Assembly: GCF_006345805.1 (NCBI RefSeq)
Contig: NC_043009.1
Coordinates: 10,788,001 to 10,852,000, forward strand
DNA: 64,000 nt
Direction: 5' to 3'
DNA from: Octopus sinensis
Lineage: Eukaryota
A program made the position numbers and the translations under genes. Shown here piece by piece: positions 53,836-64,000 of this stretch; within the stretch, counting starts at the first letter, position 1, and each line of letters begins with the position of its first letter. The notes beneath the pieces are model-generated. The model did no database searches, was not told the origin of the DNA, and worked only from the letters and a program-made list of their open reading frames with translations.

Positions 53836-55664
53836 GCTGTTGCCGTGAACATTACCGTAAGTAATGTACACTCAGTAAAGGGACTGGTGTTCGGAAGGGA
53901 ACAGAGCTTTTCACAGTCCTGTGGCTTGTCAGCCCTTGTCAAACTGTCTCGCATGGAAAACAAACGTTATATGATGTTGACGCTGGTGGTGCTCTACCTG
54001 CTCCTGTTACCGATTATGGTATATTAAATAGACCCGCAATGACCCTAGGCACTACATGTTTTTTCCTTTTCTTTATGACAGTGAGCTATTTCATCACTGA
54101 GTACGCAACATACACATATCGTCAGCCGCAGTTCCACTTAAGAATATTACTCGCTTTGTCACCACGAACAGTTGACAACGCTTGTAACTGTGGTATAAAT
54201 CAATCGTTAACTAACAAACGAACAGAGCCATCATTTTCTATATCAACAAGAAATAACTGTCATATAATATTAGGACAAAATATATCTAGAGACTTCTGCG
54301 AGAATATTAGCAGGCCTGCTTAAATAACAGCTGGTAAATGTTCAATTGATAAATACGCATACATTTTGTGTAAGAGAGACATTTCATGTAAGCAAGACAT
54401 TTACTAATTGAAAGACACATTGACACAAATAATTGTCGGGGCTATAATTTCATGTCTGTTTGAGTTATAGAATCTAGGAACATAGTCACATCAAATATCA
54501 AGATTTTAGGTAAATATGAAATTTAATTTTTACTAAATGTTACCTCGCGTGACATGAAGATGCTTTTGTAAGTAATTACTCCGTCAGCCGTTTTTGCTCA
54601 ATATGTAACACCAGTTGTGTCTTGAAGTATATACATACATACATAAATACATATGTGTGCGTGTGCTGTGTGTGTGTGTGTGTGTAACTCATCGGGGGTA
54701 AAGGCGTTTGTTGGGATCTAGGTGATAGATGCTTCAGTTGCTTTGCTTTCACGTTCGTTAGTTGGTGTGTGAACCTATCTATTGATATATCTTTCCAGTG
54801 AACAGATCGCGAACGAATGAATCTATTCAAGATAAATTCTGGGAAATGCTGATTAACAATGGAAGGGAAATGCTGAGTGGTTGTTTTGAGAGTGAGAGTG
54901 AGAAAGAGAGAGAGAGAGGGAGAGAGAGAAAGGGAGAGAGAGAGAAACTTATACTTCATCTTATAATGTGACTATAGTTGTTATATATGTTAAATGTTCT
55001 CCAGAAACATATTGAATTCCGTTTCTGTTTATTGATTAAATTACTAGAGCAGAAAACTATATCCGATAAAAATAGCACATAAATTAAAGCGAAATATGAT
55101 ATTAAACAAAAAACTAGGATAAAATATATGATGTAAAACAGAAAGGGAAAGTAATATATTTTATAAGGATAAGAGACTTCTGTGCACAGAATACTTTGTC
55201 AAACTATCACTACTGCAAACATACTACACGATCTGCATGAAAACAAATTGCTAAGAGGACTTGATGTGTTCTGAAGCTTTTCTATAATTTTTGTTGCTTC
55301 CTTCCCCGATCAATCCATCCTGATCCAGGTGATGCATTGATCAAAGACTTTCTAGTCGCGACCTTACCGTAATTTTACAAGCAGCAATGACACCTAAGCA
55401 TTTATTATTCAATGTGTTTTCTCTCCTCTCAGATGATACTGTGTGATTTAAATGCAGATTGGCTGCTATATCTAGCCGAAAGAGCAACCGCAGAAATTCC
55501 TCTGTTAGCTTGTACTACAACACATGATCATTCGCTATAATTTGCATGTGCTCTCAATTCTTCACCGTCGTATCGATTCTATTCTCAGTTCTTGTATAAT
55601 ACACTGATTATGTATTGTTTATATTTTGTACTGCTTTCAACTGAAATTTCTTTCTGCTAACCAG

Positions 55665-55842
55665 GCTACATGCAGTGTAGGAAATGACTCTTCTTTGTTT
55701 ATCTGCGAATGTATAGAAGGCTACACTGGTAGATTTTGTGAAACTTCAAGAGACAACTGCCAACAAAACAACTGCCTTAACGGTGCAACCTGCATTGACC
55801 TACAAAGCGGTTATGACTGTCGATGTGCTCCTGGTTTTACTG
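55665..55842 (+). CDS. DSL-EGF gene, exon D (rest of EGF3 plus EGF4)
   Basis: ctaaccag acceptor, CTG|gtaagt donor, phase 0-1; ATCSVGNDSSLFICECIEGYTGRFCETSRDNCQQNNCLNGATCIDLQSGYDCRCAPGFT(G). Confidence 0.93.
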
Positions 55843-56064
55843 GTAAGTAAAATTCTTCCATGAATGGCTTAATTAATTAATTAATTTATTATTAATATTA
55901 TTACCAGAAGTCAGACTATTGTTATCAGAATGTAATAAAAATATATATAGAAGTTAGCTTTACATAAAACGCATTCATATATTCTCATGTAATCCATAAT
56001 TGTACATTCTTAAACTGAATCATATAATCTGAAACGCATCTCTTCAAAAGATTCTATGGTAATG

Positions 56065-56127
<63 letters not shown>

Positions 56128-56524
56128 TTACCTTCTAGTAAACTATATAGTTAATATCGGATCTTATACATATGGAACCTAATAAACTCGAAGTTTAGTA
56201 TACTTTCAAAAGACGAGCAAAGATTTACATAACCCAGATATTTTAAATTTGTATGCTTAGTACAGTCTTGAAGATAGTCAAAACAATAAAAAACATATCA
56301 AAAGCAAAACAATGAGAAATACAAGCTCTGATGCATAGAGTTTAAATATGGATGTCATATCAGTTGAGGATCAATTGTTAAATACATGATTTCTTTGAAA
56401 TTGTATTCTCTTCAAAGCTTATGTTTTAGAATAAGTTATGGTGAGTACAGACGTTATAGCAACTAATATAATAAAGTAAAATGCAATAGATTCAAAATCT
56501 GTGTCATAGTTTCAAATTTTGACC

Positions 56525-56720
56525 TCAGACCAGAAACCTCGGAGGAGGGGTCAGTCGATTACATCGACCCCAGTACTCAACAGGTACGTATCTTATCGAC
56601 CCCGAAAGTATGAAAGACAAAGTCGACTTTGGCGGAATTTAGAATCAGGATATAAAGACGGATGAAATACTGCTAAGCAATTTGTCCGGCGTTCTAACGG
56701 TTCTGCCAGCTCGCCGACTT
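56525..56720 (-). mobile_element. SINE family B
   Basis: Reverse complement of the family B core and head. Confidence 0.75.
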
Positions 56721-56825
56721 CTGATAGAGTAAAATGTTGAAGATAATGTATATATAATAACCTTTTTTGATTGTATAAACTTAAATAAAATATATTCTCA
56801 GCTATGTAGTATTGATTAATTCTAG

Positions 56826-58870
56826 GTTCGAGATGTGAAGTCGATGTTAATGAATGTAGCAGCGACCCGTGTTTACATGGTGGCATTTGTTACGACAGAG
56901 TGAATAGCTTTAGATGTGATTGCCCGAAGGAAACCAGTGGAGAAATGTGTGAAGATAATTATCTCTCATCATCAATTAGCGTTACTACCGAACGTGACAG
57001 TAGTCATCAATATACAGTCAAATCTAATTCCTCTGACGTAATATCTACAGAAAAGCAATCTGTAGATATATTTATCCCAACAAGTACAAATACCAGCATT
57101 TTAAAAATATACACTACAGAAAGCACCCAGTTAAACGTAACTCAAGAATTAAATCAAAGTGGGACAATTGAATATGGATTAACCACCAATTCTTCTGATT
57201 TTCTTCTTGATAAAAGTAACGCCACCTTAACTACAGTATCGTCGGAATCTCATACGGTTAAATATAACTCGAAGGATATCACTTCAGCAACAGAAGGCTT
57301 GCTTTTGGCAACTATCAATGCTTCAAATCCACAAACTGTTGAACCGTTTTATGTGCCTGTCACTGTAGTCACAGAGAAACCCATAGTGGTTACTGATTGT
57401 TTGGTTATCAAAACATTCCGATCCAATAAACTAAACCAGATACTCTCACAAAATAAAAAATACACTGTTTGTTGGTGGGTCTATGATTCCATCTTGCCAC
57501 CCATGTCTAACCCTGGTACAAGATATACTGAAAACCAGAACGAAGCGTATATTTGGTTTGAAGACACTATGAACGATTTATTGCCTTTAACTTCAAAATC
57601 GACTGCAGTAAATATAAACAGAGACGAAATATTGTCATATTTAAAAAATAGTTTACAAATAATTGATAACAGCTCTGAAAATAAATTTTCACACAATTTA
57701 GTTGATACACCATGTATTCAAATTTGGATGAAAGCAAAACGGAGAGGATACGGGTATTTGAACACAAAACGGGGAGATCCAAATGTTGAATATAAAAGCA
57801 AGTTGAATGTTAAACGAAGATTTCTATCATCTAAGATGCTTTACTGCAAACAAAACTATAACTTGGCTGTTACAACAGATACAAAAGGCTTGCGGAATGA
57901 AACGAAACAAGCATCAATATTGTCACAGTCAACGTCTATGGAGAAGGAAACTACGAACATATCGACATTACCACAGTCAACATTATTGACGAACAAAACC
58001 AGATACATAACAACATTACCTCAATCAACGTTATTGACCAATCGCTCCACACGCTTGCCAGCATTATTAGAACCAACTTCATTGAAAACGAAAACCATGC
58101 GTATATTAACAATATCGCAACCGGCGTTACAGATAAACGAAACAATTATTATGCCAACAATATCAGAAATAATTTCGCTGAATAACAAGAGCTCACAAGT
58201 ATCGAAACTGCTACAAACAACGTCAGGGATTAACAAAACAATACACATGACAAGACATGCTGTTTCCACCTCACCGAAAGAAACGACCACTGTCGGAGTA
58301 AGACGGTTTCACTTACTTCTGAGGAAACTTAACAGAACTCATTACCAGGAGCGCTTTTCATCAATCATAAACAGAGATGGCAACAAACCAAAAATGGTGT
58401 TGACCGTTCTTCGGACAGCCAAGAGAATCTACCAGGTTGGATCTGACTCAGCTCGTAAAGTTTACAGAAAAACAAAACTTCTTCTGCATATGACATTAAA
58501 GCAACTCTCTACAATTTGGATTTCCGTAAAAACTTTTGCAGTTCAACCGATCTCTAAAACTCAGGAAACTATTAGACAGACATGGTTAAAGGTTAATAAA
58601 GCATTCACTAAAACTCGCCAATTATTACAAGATGCTTATATGTTGGCACGGAATAACTTCAAAAATATTTATCAACGAATGAAGGAAAACACTTCAAATC
58701 TGTCAAGAGACAGCTATCAGAAATATTACAATTATTACAACAGCTATAGCAGAAAAATTAACAAAGTATCGAGATATTTTTCGAATATGTATAAAAATTA
58801 TACAAATAATTTGCAGAAATATTGGGAGAAATTTAATAAATATGGCAACGTTAATAACAAACGCCGTTGA
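56826..58870 (+). CDS. DSL-EGF gene, 2045-nt terminal exon (EGF5, Ser/Thr-rich stalk, Cys segment, 16-aa repeats, basic tail)
   Basis: ttctag acceptor in phase 1; [42 protein letters not shown] continues open for 681 codons to TGA at 58868-70. Confidence 0.85.
57911..58294 (+). repeat. coding tandem repeat, 8 x 48 nt (16 aa)
   Basis: Units such as [16 protein letters not shown] / [16 protein letters not shown] lie in exact 48-nt register. Confidence 0.85.
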
Positions 58871-58936
58871 TGACAATGTTTCTCTCTCACCATCACTTCA
58901 ACATTCTTTCTTGGTTTCTGTCTGTCTTTCTGTGTC

Positions 58937-59028
<92 letters not shown>

Positions 59029-59074
59029 ATAAAACAAGAAGACAAAACTTAAATGCTCTAAGAATCCTATTCTG

Positions 59075-59080
59075 AATAAA
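59075..59080 (+). terminator. candidate polyadenylation signal of the DSL-EGF gene
   Basis: First AATAAA after the stop codon, about 205 nt downstream. Confidence 0.35.
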
Positions 59081-60076
59081 AAGAGAATGTGTACACCTTC
59101 ATGATAATATGCTATCGGTTTCAATTGTCAAAGAAAATCTAGTCATGAAATAAGAAAAAGGAAAAATAATTTGAAGTAAATTAAATTAATCTGTGATGAA
59201 TGCAATTTTCAAAGTCCATTTGTTTATCATAGAAAAAGCACATGGCTATAGTTGTTTGTTTCCCACCGGTGGTTGATTCCTCAACATATTAATAGTAACA
59301 GTTTAGCAGTCACATATTATTACTCTTTGTAGCAGAACTGGTCACTGTTCCTTATTGACAATGCTGATATTAAAGAGCGGTTCGTAATGCTATGGTGGTA
59401 ATTTCAGAAGTAGCAGCAATAACGGAACAGGTGGTGGTAGTTGTGGCAGTAAGTGCTTCAATAATATAAATATTTTTAACAGCATACACACGCACACACA
59501 CACACACATACACACACACACACACGTATATGGAGATAAGAAGTTTATTCTAAATCAGGAACGTATACAGGGGAAATTGTTTTGGGGTTTGAAAATGCTC
59601 CTGTATCTCAAAACCTATAGTATCGTCCAAATTTTATAATAGATTTATATGAATTTTCAGCGAGCATATGACCATATATTACTGTCTATCTCCGTGAAAC
59701 TCATAGGAATTTCTATGAATATTTGATCGTTGAAACATTTTTTCCGAATTTTCCCTTGAAACGTTAAACTCTCCTAAACCCTTTTCTCATTTAATTTTTT
59801 TTTTATATTTACCATTGATAAACAAAAGAATTGTCGAAACTGGTTTGATATTTGAATAAATTCTATTACAAAATTAAAAAACGACTACACGTTTTGATAT
59901 TCAGGTGCATTTTCAAACGCCAGAAGGAAATTCTCATATATATATATATATATATATATATCAATAATAAAAGGGTAAAATTAATTAATTATTAATTAAT
60001 TTTACAAGGTAGTGTTCAGTATGTAAAAATACCATTTACGGTATATTTAAAACATTACGTTATATAATTATATAAC

Positions 60077-60116
<40 letters not shown>

Positions 60117-60479
60117 GATAATCATTATTAGGTAATACATCGACTCATCAGAGAGAAAGAGGGGGAATTTCCGTGTAGTCAATCGAATGCTATTTAAAAA
60201 TATGTGAAAAAGATGTTGTTTAAAAGTTACTGGCGTAGATATGCGTCGGTACAATCTTGTGCCAAAAATTTTGAAGAAAGATATACGTCTGTGGTAAAAT
60301 TCTCAGCGGTAATCCATTATGGCTGTGCGTAATATAAATCCCATAATTCAGTTCTCTTCAATGTCTAATTCATAAATGCAGAAAATAAAGGAATTTAAAT
60401 TTTAGCCTTTTATATTTGTATATATAAAACTGGAAGATGTCGTTATATTTTATACAAACGTAAAAATAGCCGTTTACTA

Positions 60480-60800
60480 CCCCAATATAGAGCAAATTAA
60501 TACATCCACTCTATGCAGGTCTCTGAGGATTTTTGGGAGGATATTAAAGATTTGTGAGCCCTTGAAATCCGGTTGTTGTTGTAACTAGTCTTGTATCTTG
60601 ATGGCAATGTTGGGAATTTTGGCACTATGCAGTGTCGCTCCGTTCTGCACTTTCTGTAACTTTCTTTGTTAATACTTATTACAAGTCCTCCTAGCATTCT
60701 CCAGATGTGCACATATTTCCCACCATCGTTCTAGAGAGTTGTGTCTTAACTGTTTTTCCACCTTTTCCAGTAGCTGACACGTCACAATGAGACGATCTAC
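60480..60800 (-). mobile_element. CR1/L2-group LINE 3' fragment, degraded
   Basis: WRMLGGLV...RHCIVPKFPTLPSRYKT parallels the RT C-terminus of the 49-kb LINE. Confidence 0.55.
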
Positions 60801-60998
60801 TTTGTGTAACTTCGCTGGATTATTTCAATATGTTTAAGCCTGCTAAATATTCTACCGCTTGCATTTGCCGAACCGCTAGGTCACGGGGATTCAAAGACAC
60901 TGACACCGTTTGTCAAGCAGTAGTGATGGGTAAACACAGCAGAAAGATACACACACAAATACATAGCTATACACTCACACAAATAGCTAGCTCCCCTT

Positions 60999-61030
<32 letters not shown>

Positions 61031-61113
61031 ATATATAATATATATATATATATATTATATACATATATAATATAATATGCATATATTATATATATATATT
61101 ATAATATATATGC

Positions 61114-61171
<58 letters not shown>

Positions 61172-61327
61172 ATAAAAGGGCTTAGTAAATAAATTACTTT
61201 GCCACATACTGAACTCATTAGAAATAGCAGCCAAAAAAAGTTTTTTAGCCATTTCTAATACTTAAAGAAAATTTCTCTCAGATAGTGTTTACTCAAAATG
61301 CTCTGCATATATATATATATCTATTTA

Positions 61328-61367
<40 letters not shown>

Positions 61368-61419
61368 TAATAAATATAATTATATACATATATATATTAT
61401 GTGAAATAGAAAGATGAAT

Positions 61420-61740
61420 AATCTTGTAGTAGATTAATCAAAAGTTTAACCGATACCTAGTAGCAAAATCACAGCAGTAAACAGCACGGTTGGAGGTACA
61501 ACCATCTGGCGTTGCAACCGTGCGTTGGTGCGGATAATTGAAATTTCGATTTGTTTTTGCTCCGCCTCTGTTCTGTTTTTGTTTTTCCAACGGATTTCCT
61601 TTTTTCTTCCTGAAGAGAAGACACAATATGGTCCCATTATTCAATCGGATTTTGGTAATTGTGCCTTTCGAAACACATGTAGAATGAAATAAAACGATTT
61701 CTTTCAATCTGCGTTCAGCTCCATTTCTTCAATTCACCAA
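61420..61740 (+). mobile_element. Penelope-LTR/retrozyme-like non-autonomous element
   Basis: Homologous to the split element at 48.9/52.5-52.8 kb; contains a hammerhead followed by AATAAA. Confidence 0.6.
61602..61689 (+). ncRNA. type I hammerhead ribozyme with an extended stem II
   Basis: Stem I TTTTCTTC/GAATGAAA; CTGAAGA 61610-16; stem II GAAGACACAAT/ATTGTGCCTTTC; GAAA 61670-73; stem III AC-ACAT-GT; GUA triplet ending at 61681. Confidence 0.75.
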
Positions 61741-61753
61741 TAATGTTTTATAC

Positions 61754-61811
<58 letters not shown>

Positions 61812-61838
61812 ATATATGTATATATAATATATGCATAT

Positions 61839-61889
<51 letters not shown>

Positions 61890-61890
61890 T

Positions 61891-62090
61891 TTATTTAGAG
61901 ATAGCAGTCCTAGTCATCACACCATATAAAAGAATTTTATTTTAATACTTACTACTCATTTCTAAATTTCTCTGCTACACGTGTTTATCGAGGTTCTTTT
62001 ACCGTTCCTTAAGCACGCAGTGTTTTACAGTAAGTATAAAATACAATTCTTTTGTATGGTGTGATGATGGAGACTGCTATCTCTAAATAA
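61891..62090. mobile_element. MITE/foldback with imperfect TIRs of about 64 bp
   Basis: TTATTTAGAGATAGCAGTC...CATCACACCATATAAAAGAATT at left; reverse complement at 62030-62090. Confidence 0.75.
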
Positions 62091-62209
62091 CATATATTTC
62101 CTCATTGTGAATAATTCTTTTATTTGAATTCCTGTGATGCCGGAATTTTTATTCCCTAATAATAAAATAAAATTTATATTATACATTATATATATATATA
62201 TAATATATA

Positions 62210-62293
<84 letters not shown>

Positions 62294-62375
62294 ATATTAT
62301 ATATATATATATATATACGGAGATGTACTTGCATAGCAAGTGATTTGATCTGAGATCGTGTGCTGGAACGAAAAT

Positions 62376-62594
62376 AATTGCAGCGTGGAAGGTGTTTGTA
62401 AGCCATTTAAGAAACACACAAAAGCCGTTCGATTCACTTCAACATTTAAGTTTAATTTGTCGATTTTTGTCAGTGAACAGGTCGCGGATTTTAGCGACGA
62501 AAATATTTTGACAAATTAGACTTAAATGTTGAAGTGAATCGAACGTCTTTTGTGTGTTTCTTAAATGGCTTACAAACAATTCCACGCTACAATT
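62376..62594. mobile_element. foldback element (arms of about 86 bp, 48-nt spacer) with a decayed hammerhead-like core
   Basis: 62376-62461 is the near reverse complement of 62510-62594. Confidence 0.75.
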
Positions 62595-62646
<52 letters not shown>

Positions 62647-62657
62647 TATATAGGCCT

Positions 62658-62790
62658 CTTTCAGTTTCCGTCTACAAACTTCACTCACAAGCCCGAGAAA
62701 ACACTTGGCCAAGGTGCTGCCACGCAATGAGACTCAAGCCGAAACTATGTGGTTGAGAAGGAAGCTCCTTGTCTTCCAGTCACGCCTGCG
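62658..62790 (-). mobile_element. SINE family A, 5' fragment
   Basis: Diverged reverse complement of the head. Confidence 0.55.
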
Positions 62791-63404
62791 TCAATATATG
62801 TACGCACGCACACACACACACACACCACACACACACACACACATCCATATAAAATATGTGCTTGTGTGTGTTAGAGGTGATACTTAGAAATTAAAACGAG
62901 CATTTAGTGATGTAAAGAATCGTAAATAGTTGTAAGATTGATATAAATTTCAATATGGAGATTTACTGCGAGTTGAAATTTCTCTTCAGGGGACTTATTG
63001 AAACAGACTAATTATACAGGAAAATGTTCAATATATAGTATTGCGTACGCAAGGTGGGGGAAAATTATTTATGTGCGAAGAGTGTTCTAAGTTTGGCCTG
63101 CTGTCAAATTGTAGTCGTAAATTTAATTCTTAGTTCTGGAGTTGAAAAAGGTCTTTAAATAAATGTGGCAAAGCAAATAAAATCTTTCTATAAATAGTGG
63201 ATAATTAGTAAGTAATTCGGATTGTAATGAAAAGCCTAAAAGTTCTTTAAAGTCTAAACATTATGGTCATCCAGAGTTGAAAGTTCGTAATGGTTAGCTA
63301 TGGAAAAAGTGCTTCCAAAGAGTGCATCTGTTCTGCATGTACTTCATATACATTCATATGTATGCATGTATGTATATATGTAAATATGTATGTATAATAT
63401 ATAT

Positions 63405-63470
<66 letters not shown>

Positions 63471-63476
63471 TACATA

Positions 63477-64000
63477 TACAAGTGTTGGACACAATAAAGG
63501 AAACACCTTAACATTTCAAGCAAATTTATTTTAATTTTGGACAGGACCACCTTTGGTAGTAATTACAGCTTGAATTTTATGGACTCGTACAAAGTTTGAA
63601 TTGTTTCAAAAGCAACTTTTGTCCATTCTTCAACTAAAACAGTCTCCTGTTCTTGTAGTGATGATGGTGGGGGATATCGACTCCTTACTTGTTTTTCTAA
63701 AATGCACCATAAATGTCCAATAATGTTCAGATCTGTGGACTGTGGTGGCCAGATAAGATGTTCAACTTCACTAGAATGTCCCCCGTGCCATTCACTAACA
63801 ACTTTAGCTGTGTGAACTGGTGCATTTTCATCCTGAAAGATTGTGTTTACCTCCTTTAACAGTCACGCAACTATTGGATGAATTTGTTCAGATAAAATGC
63901 TTAAATAGTCATGACTATTAATTCTCCTATGAAGGGAACCCATTGGACCGGCAGATTTCCAAGATATAATCCCCCAGATAATCACGGATCCTCCTCCTTG
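63477..64000 (-). mobile_element. Tc1-family transposon, 3' part with TIR; runs off the window
   Basis: TA-CAAGTGTTGGACACAATAAAGGAAAC end; minus strand has FQDENAPVH and WPPQSTDLNII (Tc1 WP.QSPDLNPI); same family as 247-1173. Confidence 0.85.

Overview
AT-rich, microsatellite-dense eukaryotic genomic DNA whose SINE and transposon complement looks like an octopod cephalopod genome (inference; no search run). (1) Host gene, + strand: the 3' part of a large DSL-EGF gene with five coding exons at 1477-1616, 39140-39262, 47173-47342, 55665-55842 and 56826-58870. They join in phase into about 884 aa: one DSL domain, five EGF repeats, a Ser/Thr-rich stalk, a Cys-bearing segment, eight 16-aa repeats and a basic amphipathic tail, with no transmembrane helix. 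(2) Nested gene, - strand: a four-exon, 162-aa orphan gene (18371 to 16897) inside the 37.5-kb first intron, plus a pseudogenised tandem paralog (about 28.5-30.3 kb) whose synonymous differences support the reading frame. (3) Mobile DNA: tRNA-derived SINEs of several families, a 3.5-kb CR1/L2-group LINE inserted into a palindromic hammerhead-bearing element, an apparently intact type I hammerhead ribozyme at about 61.6 kb, and remnants of Penelope, RTE, Gypsy, Tc1, mariner, hAT and Helentron-like elements. There is also an unexplained GC-rich island at about 48.3-48.7 kb. Most short ORFs in the supplied track are translated microsatellites. All exon joins are manual predictions, and single-base indels may be sequencing errors.
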